DNA of 64,000 nt, taken from Vicugna vicugna (Eukaryota). The number at the start of each line of letters is the position of its first letter. Within the stretch, counting starts at the first letter, position 1. The stretch lies in the NCBI GenBank assembly GCA_013265495.1, contig MU058241.1:248001-312000 (forward strand), in the 5' to 3' direction. Made by a program: the position numbers and the translations under genes. Below, piece by piece: positions 48,326-60,039 of this stretch. Below the pieces are notes generated by a model. The model was not told the origin of the DNA, searched no databases, and saw nothing but the letters and a program-made list of their open reading frames with translations.

Positions 48326-50576
48326 CTGACAGGTCAGATCCCAGGTTGCCTGCTGGTGTTGAGAGGAGCTTTCTAAGAAGATGCCAGGATCTGTGAGGCA
48401 CCCAGGGCCCACCCTCATTTGTGCAACACTGATTTAGTTATGCTGCGGAAACTCAGGTGTGACTTCTCGCTGAGGACCCTCAGGGGCACCCAGGGCCCAG
48501 CCTGGGAGAGACTGGCACCAATAGCAGACTTCTCTCTCTCTTCTGCACGTAAGTTCAGATCCCCAGTCAATCTAAAGCAGTGACCCCACCTACCCTCAGT
48601 TTTCTGAAATCCACGTTCACCTGAAAACGAACAAATGAACCACCCGTGGTGGTGTTCACGAGCTGCAGGTGCCTTCTCTCCAGTTCTGGCTGAGGCATTT
48701 TGAGACGGTAGATCCACACGTGCCAGTTAGGTTCCTTGACTGTGTTGCACATGGCTGGGGAAATGCCACTGTCTTTGTGGGTCCCATCATGGCGAGTCTC
48801 TGTTCAGGGCGCTGAAGCCGGTCTCTGCCGCGCTGCTTGCTGCGCTGGAGGCGCTCCAGTGGTAAGCTTTTGAGACAGGTGTCCATTGGTCCCCAGGGAC
48901 CAGCACCCCTGACACCCAGAGGATGTTTGTCATGCAGGATGTGGTTTCCACGTGCAGCCGCCCCTGGCGCTTTGTTCTTGTGCGACTGGGGCTATTTTCT
49001 CTGCCTCCTTTCACCTTTTATGAGCCCAGTCTGTGCACAAGGCTACAAGAGTCTTTTTGCCCAGGCAGAATGTCAGCCTCATAGAGTGGGAAATATACGT
49101 GGGTTATTCTCTTGAGAAGATTAGTATTGCTTCCTGATACATGTAGAACGAGTGTATTGTGCCTGTTTCTAAGGTCAGAAAAGATTTCTTTAAAGCAGCT
49201 TGCTTCCTGTTTTTCTTTTCTGTATCTTACATTGTTTTGAGAGCAGCTTGAATTGTTTAAGTGATACCTTATGAACAGAGAAGGGCATGCAGTGTCCTCA
49301 TCATACATGTACAGCGTGCTTTGCTTTACAGCTGTCTGCACCTGTGTAACCAGTACCGACATCCAGATTAGCTCTTGTCCAGCTGCCCTCCTCCGTCTCC
49401 TTCCTGCTCCTGCCAGTCTCTGCGTCTGCTCCAGTCTCTGTGTCTTCTGATTCCTCTCACCGTCCATGAGGGTCGCACTTGCTTGAAACAGCATGCAAGT
49501 GGAAGCAGGGAGTGGCCTCGCTCTGCTTCTTGCCTCCACGTGATGTCGTGGCATCCCCCAAGTGGATGTGGGCATCACCAGCTCACTTGTTATCACTAGA
49601 AAGCACCTTACATTTTTATCTTGGAGAGGGAACTGGCCAGAAAACAAATTGATTCTACTGAGCTCAGATACGAAAGCAAAGTTACCTTACAAGTCAGTTG
49701 TACGTGTTTGGCTGTGGAAATAGACGTCCCAGTGGCTCCCTGACTCCATAATATTCTGTTTCCTCTGCTTTGAGTTTCCTGGGGTCTCTTGATGGAAGGA
49801 TAATGGACTCCAGTAGGTCAGTGCGTGGTGTGGTGTGCTGCAGTCTAGACATGTGGACAAATAACAGACTTCCCGGAGGAAGCGAGTGAGGACAGAGTTT
49901 GAGGCAGCCATCCAGGGGATAGGCAAGGAGGTGAGGTGAGGTGAGGCCCCTCTCATCTGCCCAGCACCCAAACACATGTTTCCCTCAGTGTCATCTTTGA
50001 CTCATCCTTGGGCCTGGGCCGCATTCCATAACAGCATCAAAAAGGCTCTGAGGACACCTAGCCTTGCCTTGGGACCTGGGTGTCGTCCAGTGCTTTCTGT
50101 GGGTTAGCTTCATGCTCTGTGATTCTTGGATGTGAAGACTGTGGATCCAACGCACTTGAGCCTGGATCATGTCGCCACACCTTTCTGACTCAGTGGGCTC
50201 CCTGGAAGGCGGCTCTGTGCCACGCTTAGATCCCTGCAGCTGACTGGTCCCTTCTGTGTTAGCCCGGTCCTCCTCAGTCTCCTCTCCTGGCCTGCCTGGA
50301 ATGCAGACTCCATCCCCTCCTTTCCTCTCAACCTTGTACCATCAGCTCCAAATGTCCTTCCTTTCTGCTCAGAGGGATGCCTGGGTGACGGTGACTCTAG
50401 AGAAGAGGGGCAGTGTTCTCCAGGCATTGTTCTCCTCTAGTCACGCCCGCTGGCAGCGCCATGCTCCTGTCTGAGGGAGCACTTTGTTCATCAGCCTGGG
50501 TGACCCTGTTCCCTAAAAAGTTCACTGGAGGGACCAGAGGAACCCTTTCCCCCTTGTTCATATGGCAAATAGTTTT

Positions 50577-50778
50577 CAGTGGGAACTCTGTGTGATTTTG
50601 TCCCCTCTCCCTAGGGAGAGTTTGACAGCGTCAGGAGATACAGCTGGGAGGTGACTCCTGGCCTCTAGTAGGTGGAGACCAGCAATGCTGCCAAGTCTCC
50701 TAGAATGCACAGGACAGGCCTCACTACACAGAATTACCTGGCTCCTAATGCCAACAGTGACAGGTTTGAGGGACCCTA
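50577..50778 (+). mobile_element. MER20-like element (diverged)
   Basis: GTGATTTTGTCCCC..CTGGCCTCTAGTAGGTGGAGACCAGCAATGCTGCCAA..AATGCACAGGACAGGCC..AGAATTACCTGGCTCCTAATGCCAACAGTG. Confidence 0.75.
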
Positions 50779-52575
50779 TGTCAACCACTTGGGATACAAG
50801 GCTCTGGTAAAAATGAAGGCATACCAGAGATACATGCAGAGAGGGATGAAGGTGAATTGTCACTCAGGAAGCTAGGAGCTAAAGTGGCAGGGTGAGAAGT
50901 ACTTTCACATACGCACTGACAACAAGTTTGGGTAAATGTAGGCAAGGGTGAACACAGACAATGAAAAGTTACATAAGTAGCAGTAAGGTCTAGGAACCTC
51001 AGGATGATGGTTGCAGAGCTTTGACCAAAAAAAGCTATCAATATAACATTTCTGCAGGAAACCAGTCTCTACAAGGAAAAAAACAAAACAAAACAAAACA
51101 AAACCCAAAAAACTAGTGAAGGAGATCCTTGCACATGGAGAAACACCATTGCTGGGGAAGAACGCTCACCCATGTGTACTTTGTATCGGTGGTCAGGCTG
51201 GAGGATGGGGCAGGCTCACTTGCAATTCCAAATGGGCTGTATCAAAGCACACAGGCAAAACTAGCACCCTCTTACTTGTGCCAGATTTTAAAAAAGGATG
51301 AGTCTTGGAAGAGAGAGGCTCCTCAGGGATCAGCCATGTGACATTAAAGGACGCTAAGAGGGAACAGAAGGAAAGCAAACTGTTTCTTCCCACTGGCCCC
51401 AATTGTTGCCTAGTTCTGCTGCTTCCCCTGGGAGTTACAGTTTGGATGTTTGCCACTATACGTTGTTTCAGTCACAGACGACCCCTCCTGGGGAAGCCGA
51501 GTCCTCCTCCTCTGCCTTCAGTAACTAAGGCCCAGTGTAACGGAGACTGTCCTTGAAGGGAAAAGTAAACATGAATGCTAGGATTCCGCAGCAAGAAAAT
51601 GGCTTGACAGTAGAAATCAAATCGTGGAGAATTCCCGGACCATTCACATCACTGTTTGCTTTTGTTGGCAAGTTTAACTTAGAGCAAGCAAAGCGCTTTG
51701 AAGTATTTTGTTTAGAGAGGAGGAATGAGGAATTCATAGACTTTGAGTTGGAAAGGACTTCAGAGATTCTCGACCTGGTCTCCCACCCAATGGAAGAATT
51801 CTCTTCCATGGTCACTGCTGGCCTCCAGCCTTGGCTCAGTGTCCCGACGCCCCAGTGTTCCCGTCTTTCATGGGTCAGTGCTGTTTGGCAGCCCTGGCCA
51901 TTAGGGATATTTTTTTCACCCTTGGGATTTCACGTCTTTTGCTCTGGGCTTTGTCTCTGAGCAGGAGCAGTGAGAGCTCCTGCCATTATGACTCACTCTG
52001 CATTGGTTTAGGAAGGGGCGTGGGCAGCACTGGGGATTCTCAGTTTGCTGAGAAACAAGCATGAAACCACTTTTATTTTCTCTAATAACAGCTATTGTGG
52101 GGATCTGTGGAGCCCTCTTTCCCGATAAGTGCTGAAATCTCTTGGGTTATCTTATTCAATTTCCATTATGGGAAGACTCTTACTTGGTAATTAAGAGTTA
52201 GTTCTGCCCATCTTGAACTTGGATTTCTTACTCAAGTGAAAATTCTAACCTCTTCCCCAACTCCTGAGCTGGCTGGACTTGGGGTTTCGGTGGCCTAGAG
52301 GGTGTGGCGGTGAGGACAGGATCTACACTCCTACTCCATGTCTGAACACACTGGTGCAGAGATGAGCTGGGGAGACGAAAACACAAGACATTTCTCGAAA
52401 TGACTGCCTGTGGGCAAATGTTCTCAACCCTCTCCGTTGTCTTTGACACCACAGACTTGCCAGTATTTCAGTGCAGCTTTTATGTATTCTTTCCTTCCAT
52501 TGCTTCTCATTTAACAGAGTCTCACATACTTTGGATTTTAGTTTCCCCAAGATTAAAGAGTCTATCTAATAATTT

Positions 52576-53120
52576 TTTTAACATTTTTTATTGATTTGTA
52601 ATCATTTTACAATGTTGTGTCAAATTCCAGTGTTCTGCACAATTTTTCAGTCATTCATGGACATATACACACTCATTGTCACCTTTTTTTCTCTGTGAGT
52701 TATCATAACATTTTGTGTATATTTCCCTGTGCTATACAGTGTAATCTTGTTTATCTATTCTACACTTTTAAAATCCCAGTCTATCCCTTCCCACCCTCCA
52801 CCCCCCTGGTAACCACAAGTCTGTATTCTCTGTCTGTGAGTCTATTTCTGTCCTGTATTTATGCTTTGTTTTTGTTTGTTTGTTTATTTTTGTTTTTTAG
52901 ATTCCACATATGAGCGATCTCATATGGTATTTTTCTTTCTCTTTCTGGCTTACTTCACTTAGAATGACATTCTCCAGGAGCATCCATGTTGCTGCAAATG
53001 GCATTATGTTGTCGGTTTTTATGGCTGAGTAGAATTCCATTGTATAAATATACCACATCTTCTTTATCCAGTCACCTGTTGATGGACATTTAGGCTGTTC
53101 CCATGTCTTGGCTATTGTAA
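52576..53120 (-). mobile_element. Young 5'-truncated L1 3' UTR with 12-bp TSD
   Basis: Antisense of the same 3' UTR family as 22173-22408 and 56962-57259; ATCTAATAATTT at 52564-52575 and 53121-53132. Confidence 0.92.
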
Positions 53121-54589
53121 ATCTAATAATTTAAAAAATAATGTGATGTATTCATAGTTATAAGAATCTCAGCTCTTCCCAAAGTGTGTTTACCTCACAG
53201 AAACAGAACAAAATGTAACTGCCCAAGTAAATTCTGCTGTGAAGTGTTTTTAGGAAAATGTTTCTTTCTGTATTTTTCCCCTCCCTTTCCATTGAGCATT
53301 TCCATTGCATATTAGCATATTAAAATCCCCAGTACACTTGCTGAACATTTTGACTGCTCACTTGTTGCAAACTTAATTGACCACGGAAACATTTTTAGCA
53401 TATACAATGTATTACACACACATTGAATAGCCCACCATTACATACTAATGTATTTATTTACATCTATTAACAAAGATTATATAACTGAACACTTTGTACA
53501 CATTATACTGTTACTAATATCAACTGTCTTAAGTTATAGACAAAACTACAAATTTTGTCAAAAATCCTGAGTCTGGCTGAACCTGTAGGTAGTACACCAC
53601 CAGGAGTCCCACGAAGGTTTCCACGTTGAACTACCTCTCTGAGTTCTAGACCACTGAGGGTTTAACCGCTTGGCTTGAACCATTCTAGGTTCACAATCTC
53701 ATCTTACTTTTGTAAGGGGACCACTGTTTTCTTTTTACAAATATTTCCCCTCACATATCATTTTCTTTTTTAGTCTCTCTCCACTATCCAATCCCAAACA
53801 CACTTAAGAATGGTGTAGTGTGTTGCCCCAGGGTAAAAGGAAAACCTGATAAGGGGCTCAAAGCTTGGTTTTGTGGAAGAGAAATTGCTGAATTCCTTTA
53901 TCTTCCTTTTCAGCATGAGTGCACACGCTCAGCTAGGAAAACTTACCTCCGAGAGGGCACACAAGGGTGAGGCTTCCGTTAAGCATGAGCCAGGAGGTAG
54001 GAGAAATAAAAGTAAACCTCAAAGCCCCAGAGCCTACCTGTATTTACTGACAGGTCCTCACCATTTTTGCCTGCCCAGATTGACAAATGTCAGTTTGCAA
54101 TATTTGGTGCCCTGAGCAGAGTGATATGTAACATAAAAACAAATCATACATAAGCTCCTGGAGAAATCAGAATTTCCACAGAGGAAACCAACATGTTTCT
54201 AATCTGGGAAATTCAGAAATGCTTAAAGAGGCTGATAAGTTAGATAGCAGGGATTTTGATGATGTAGCTTCCAAAAATTGCAAATAGCTGGGTTTGCAGG
54301 CAAGTTGAAATGGCAACATTTAGACACTTAATGCAGTAGTGATTACTAATTTATCCCTAAGCTTACTAAGAAATATTTTTTTTTGTTAGTAATAGAACTC
54401 CTGATTTTTAACTTGGCAGATGGCTTCCCAGAATGAGGACTACATTCCCCACTCACACTTGCAGCTTGTGGAGGTCATCTGGCTAAGCTCTGGTCACTGG
54501 ACCAGAAGTGGACATAATGGCTTTCAAAGAAAGGAATCCTTCTCCTGCATTGGCACATAAGAGGGAATATGCCTTAATCTAATGTTTAC

Positions 54590-55115
54590 TTAGACTTTAA
54601 AATCTTTTTAGTTTAAAAGTGATTATAGAGTCAAAGAAATAGCAAAAAAAAAAAATTACAAGGAAGTCCTATGTAAGCTTCACCTAGTTTCCCCAATGGT
54701 AACAGCTTCTACAATAACTATAGGACAATGTCAAAGCCAGAAATTGATGTTGGTACAATCCACAGAGCTTATTCAGATTTCTCCAGTTTCTCATGCACTT
54801 GTGTGTGTGTGTGTGTGTGTGTTTTGTCACATGTGTAGATTCTTTTTACCACCACAATCAAGGTGCAGAACAGTTCTATCACCACAAGGCTCCGTCATGC
54901 TGTCCTTTTATAGCCACACCACACCATCCTTAAACCCTGGCGGCCACTAGTCCATTTTCCATCTCTGCAATTTTGTCATATCTAGAATGTCATATAGATG
55001 GTATCAGAGTACATGACCTTCTGAGACTGGCCTTTCTTCCCCCGACTCAGTATAGTCCAATCAGATGGTTCGCTTGAGAGCCTTCCAAGTTGTTGCACGT
55101 ATCAGTAGTCTGGTT
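54590..55115 (-). mobile_element. Old L1 (L1MC-type) 3' end containing a (TG)n tract at ~54800-54821
   Basis: CACCTAGTTTCCCCAATGGTAACAGCTT..CCAGAAATTGATGTTGGTACAATCCACAGAGCTTATTCAGATTT..CCCTGGCGGCCACTAGTCCATTTTCCATCTCT. Confidence 0.78.
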
Positions 55116-55784
55116 AGGTTTTTAACATGATGTGGGACAAGAAGGGCATTTGCATCTCCTCTGAAGACTCAGCAGCTCCCCACATCCCCAGCTTCTCTTG
55201 ACTCCTTGGCTAGACAGAGCATGTATGGTTTCTGCACATGAAAGCCAAGATCTTGACATGGAAAAGCTTCAGCCTCAGTTTCCCACCCACCTTTTACATC
55301 ACAGCAGAGAAACACAACAGAAGGAACCTCAGTCCCTGCTGGCTTTATGCAGCCAGGCCACCATGCCAGACTGGAGTTATGCAGGGGAAAGGTCAACTTT
55401 TATCTTAGTTAAGACACTGACAGCATAGGTCTGTTTTACAACATTCTGACCCATTATATTTATTTGTTTATTTATATTTATTTTTTTAAAGGTTCTATTA
55501 TGGAGTTGGTCTTTTTTCTTTTTTTTTTATTGAGATATAGTTGATTTACAATGTTGTGTTAATTTCTGGTGTACAGGATACTGATTCAGTTATACACATA
55601 TATATTCCTTTTCATATTCTTTTTCATTACAGGCTAATATAAGGTATTGAATAGAGTTCTCTGTGCTATACGGAAGGACCATGTTTGTCTGTTTTATATA
55701 CAGTAGTATGTATCTGCAAATTCTGAACTCCTGATTTATTTCTCCTTATCCCCTGTCCCCTGGTAACCATAAAGTTTTATTTTC

Positions 55785-55961
55785 AATTTTTTTTAATATG
55801 ACACTGTTGACTTTATTTTGGGGAAGTATAATTAGGTGTATATATATATTTTTTTCTTTTTCTTTTTTTTTTTCTTTCCTCAGTGGAGGTACTGAGGATT
55901 GAACCCAGGACCTTGTGCATGCTAAGCATGTATTCTACCACAGGGCTATACCCTCTCCCCC
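55785..55961 (-). mobile_element. vic-1-like SINE nested in the L1 3' UTR
   Basis: Antisense head GTGGAGGTACTGAGGATTGAACCCAGGACCTTGTGCATGCTAAGCATGTATTCTACCACAGGGCTATACCCTCTCCCCC; flanks AAGTTTTATTTTC / AAGTTTGTTTTC. Confidence 0.88.
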
Positions 55962-56961
55962 AAGTTTGTTTTCTGTGTTTTCTTTGAGTCTGTCTCTGTT
56001 TTGTAAATAAGTTCCTTTGTGTCGTTTTTTAGATTCCACATATAAGTGATATCATATAGTATTTGTCTTTCTCTTTCTGGCCTACTTCATTTAGTATGAT
56101 GATCTCTAGGTCTATCCTTGTTGCTGCAAATGGCATTATTTCATTCTTTTTTATGTCTGAGTAACATTCCATTGTATATATACATCACAACTACTTTATC
56201 CAGTCATCTGTTGATGGACATTTAGGTTGTTTCCATGTTTTGGCTATTGTAAATAGTGGTGCTATGAACATTGGGGGGCATGATCTTTTTGAATTAGAGT
56301 TTCTTTGGGATATATGCCCAGGAATGGGATTACTGGATCACACGGTAAGTCTATTTTCAGTTTTTTCAGGTATCTCCATACTGTTTTTCATAACAGCTGT
56401 ACCAAACTACATTCCCACCAACAGGGTAGGAGGGTTCCCTTTTTTTCACACCCTCTCCAGCATTTTGTTTGTGGACTTAATAATGGCCATTCTGACCAGT
56501 GTGAGGTGATACTTTATTGTAGTTTTGATTTGCATTTCTCTGATAATTAGCGATATTGTGCATTTTTCACATGCCTATTGGCCATTTGTATGTCTTTATT
56601 GAAGAAATGTTTAGGTTTTCTGCCCATTTTTTTGATTGGGTTGTTTGGTTTTTTTTGTTATTGAGTTGTTTGAGCTGTTTGTATAGTCTGGAAATTAATC
56701 TCTCATCAGTCTTTCAGTCTCATCATTTGCAAATATTTTCTCTCTTTCTGTACGTTGTCTTTTCATTTTATTTATGGTTTCCTTTGCTGTGCAAAAGTAT
56801 ATGAGTTTAATTAGGTCTCATTTGTATATTTTTGCTTTTATTTCTATTGCCTGGGTAGACTGCTCTAGGAGAACATTGCTTGGGTTTATATCAGAGAATG
56901 TTTTGCCTTTGTTCTCTTCTCGGAGGTTTATAATGCCATGTCTTATGTTTAAGTCTTTAAG

Positions 56962-57259
56962 GGAGGGGAGTGGGAAGGGATAGACTGGGAGTTCAAAATT
57001 TGTAGCTACTGACAAGCATATGTAGAATAGATAAACAAGATTATACTATATAACACAGGGAAATAGATACAAGATCTTGTGGTAGCTCACAGCAAAAAAA
57101 AAAATGTGACAATGAATATATGTGTGTTCATGTATAACTGAAAAATTGTGCTCTACACTGGAATTTGACAGAACATTATAAAATGACTGTAACTCAATTA
57201 AAAATGTTTAAAAAAAGAAAACCATAGCTCATAAAAAAAAGATACGTAGTCAAAAAAAA
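56962..57259 (+). mobile_element. Young L1 3' UTR fragment nested antisense in the larger L1, with 11-bp TSD
   Basis: GGAGGGGAGTGGGAAGGGATAGACTGGGAGTTC..GTGCTCTACACTGGAATTTGAC..compound A-tail; AAGTCTTTAAG at 56951-56961 and 57260-57270. Confidence 0.92.
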
Positions 57260-59333
57260 AAGTCTTTAAGCCATTTTGAGTTTATTTTTGTGTATGGTGG
57301 GAGGGAGTGTTCTAACTTCATTGATTTACATATGGATGTCCAGCTTTCCCAATACCACTTGTTGAAAATGCTGTCTTTTGTGTCTTCTTCTTGCCTCCTT
57401 TGTTAAAGATTAATTGACCATAGGTATGTAGGTTTATTTCTGGGCTGTCTATTCTGTTCCATTGATCTGTTTGTTTTTGTGCCAGTACCATGCTGTTTTG
57501 ATTACTGTAGCTCTGTAGCACTGTCTGAAGTCTGGAAGGGTTATTCCTCCAGCTTCTTCTTTTTTCTTCAGTATTGCTTTGGCAATTCTGGGTCTTTTGT
57601 GATTCCATACAAATTTTAGGATTATTTGTTCTAATTGTGTGAAAAATGTTCTGGGTAATTTGATAGGGATCACATTAAATCTGTAGATTGCTTTGGGTAA
57701 TATGTTCATTTGTGACAATATTAATTCTTCTAATCCAAGAGCGTGGCATATCTTTCTATTTCTTTAAATTATCTCTGATTTCCTTAATCAGTATTTCATA
57801 GTTCTCTGTATGTAAGTATTTCACCTCCTTGGTCAGGTTTATTCCTAAGTATTTTATTTTTTTGATAAGATTTTAGAATTTTTTTTCTTTCCTTTTCTGA
57901 TATTTCATTATAAATGTAAAGAAATGCAATAGATTTTCTATATGTTAATCTTATATCCTGCTACTTAGCTGGATTTATTTATCAGCTCTGGTAGTTTTTG
58001 TGGCCCATTATATTTAAATACAAGCTCCAAATGGCTGTTTTTTTCCCTTTGGAAATGGGTGAAAACAAATTCCTTATGCTTATTATCATGGATAAGTCTA
58101 AGGGACAGTCTATCAAACTATCCAATGCTTAGTACATAGTTCATAGCTAGAGCTAGGAATAGAGGTTTGCAAATCTGGAAACCGTTGAAGGTTTGGAAGA
58201 GACAGAAGTCATTTATAAGACTCTCCAATCATGTAATTCACAATTGGAAAAGCCAGAGTATCTTGGAGATTTATGATAGATTATCTGTTATTAAATAAAG
58301 CAGTATAAAGAGAAAACTTCTGACATGGCTCACATTGCTGAATGAGTAACTTCACTGATGTATACATAGCAGCAACACAGTCTAATCGATAAGATGTCTC
58401 AGAGTCACATTGCCTTCACTTTCACAAGTGGGCGCAATATACCTTCACTCACCTGGGTCAGGATTAGCCAAGAGATAATAATTGCACATAAATCAGGTGG
58501 ATAAGATACAGTGTAAATGGAGGTCCCCCTTAGACTTTTACATACTCCATTGTATTGATGACACCCTCATTAAAAGAAAATTTATGGGAAGCTGAAACAA
58601 ATTTGGCTCATACTTTTCAGGGTCTAAAATATTAGGAGATGGAATCTTACACAGAAGAAAGTAAAAGAAACCCATAATTGATTGAACTGTATTAGATATA
58701 ATTTGGATCTCTGAGGCAATGCAGATTGTTAAAGGAATTAACGAAAAAAATGGTTAAATGATTAGATCCCCACCTTTCCCCCAAAAGTAAACAGAAGCAG
58801 CTCTTGTAGGGTTATTTGTCCTATAGATACCTGTTCTTAATATGGGGGTGGGTGCCGTTCACACCATTTAAAAAGTAGCCTGGGGAAAAAGGAGTTTTAT
58901 TTGGAATCTAGATTAGTTACAAATGGCTGTACAGCAGTGGGCCTTTGGTGCACGGATCTTACCTGAATCCACTTTTGAAGTGTCAGTCAGCAGGGTAATT
59001 TGCATCTCAAAGTAGGTGGATGGTGTCTTCCATGTTGGAAAGGATTGATTAATTGCACCTTGTGGGGTTTCAGTTCACATTCTAGAGGCTTTAGGCAAAT
59101 GATACATCCTTAGAAAAACAATGACTGCGTGAAATGCAGAACCAATGGAATGGCTGTTACAACTGTATGAATGGGGCATCTAGTTATGCAGAGGTCTGAT
59201 TAAATTCCGTTCAGTGTGTAAGTATGGGCCAAGTTTTCCTGACTGGAAAAGCAGTGTGGCATCAGGAGAGAGGCCCTGGAGGCGTGACTGTACACTGACG
59301 AGATGAGCATCAACCCCAGCAGTGTCCACGACT

Positions 59334-59501
59334 CCAAGCAGTGTCCATGTGCCTAACAGGACCAAGCGGTGTCCATGTGCCTAACAGGACCAAGCGGTGT
59401 CCATGTGCCTAACAGGACCAAGCGGTGTCCAGGTGCCTAACAGGACCGAGCGGTGTCCATGTACCTAACAGGACCAAGCGGTGTCCCAGTGCCTAATAGG
59501 A
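59334..59501. repeat. Minisatellite (VNTR), 6 x 28 bp
   Basis: Consensus CCAAGCGGTGTCCATGTGCCTAACAGGA; GTGTCC recurs at 59341, 59369, 59397, 59425, 59453 and 59481. Confidence 0.97.
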
Positions 59502-60039
59502 GAGAGAGACCTGCCTATAGAGACTAGTCGGGGAGGATTACACAGGGAATAGAAAAGGCAAATGTTGTGCCTTCATAACCACTAATGAGTCTTCATGCAA
59601 GAGGCTGTTCTCTGCCTCATGAGTGGATAGTCCTGTTAAAGGTCCCAATGGTAGAACAAAAGGCAGAGAAATTATATTACTCATCTTTTCACAGTTTTGG
59701 ATGTTTGAGAGAAGAGGTAGAAATGAAACAGAAGATCTGTTTGGAGACAGTAACTCTGGGAAGCAGAAATCAATAGAGAAAAAACAATTTGGAGATTTCA
59801 TGAATCCCTTCCAAAAGGAAACTGAAAAAGCAGTTATTAAGTAGATAGCCTCACTAATGCCGTAACAACTTCATGTAAAAAGAAAGGGCAAAGGCACTGA
59901 GAGGTCCCCCATTGTCTGGTCTTTCACAGAGTGGTTAGAAAGTCGTGCTCGCCAGAAATCCGTGTATTTGGATTTTAGCCTTACAAGCAACTACAGAGAA
60001 AAAAGCGGGGGTGTGTGTGTCATAAACAGGATTTTTACT

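Larger units (their letters stand above)
55463..58000 (-). mobile_element. 5'-truncated L1 (~2 kb ORF2 C-terminal part and 3' UTR) with 16-bp TSD
   Basis: ORF 57449..57718(-) [59 protein letters not shown] is L1 ORF2p; TG(A/G)CCCATTATATTTA at 55447-55462 and 58001-58016. Confidence 0.95.
54385..58022 (+). mobile_element. MLT1 LTR broken into three pieces (~54385-54520, ~55120-55462, 58017-58022) by later L1 insertions
   Basis: GACTACATTCCCCACTCACACTTGCAGCTTGTGGAGGTCATCTGGCTAAGCTCTGGTCA; AGAAGGAACCTCAGTCCCTG..CAACTTTTATCTTAGTTAAGACACTG; terminal AATACA resumes right after the L1 TSD. Confidence 0.6.

Noticed and set aside
49018..49647. 209-aa minus-strand ORF
   Set aside because: No recognisable homology; partly low-complexity and with a non-ATG start.
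51553..51960. 135-aa + strand ORF
   Set aside because: Runs into MIR-like sequence (CATAGACTTTGAGTTGGAAAGGACTTCAGAGAT) and resembles no protein I recognise.
59334..59501. CRISPR-like 28-bp repeat array
   Set aside because: Units are head-to-tail with no spacers, no cas genes, and the DNA is mammalian.
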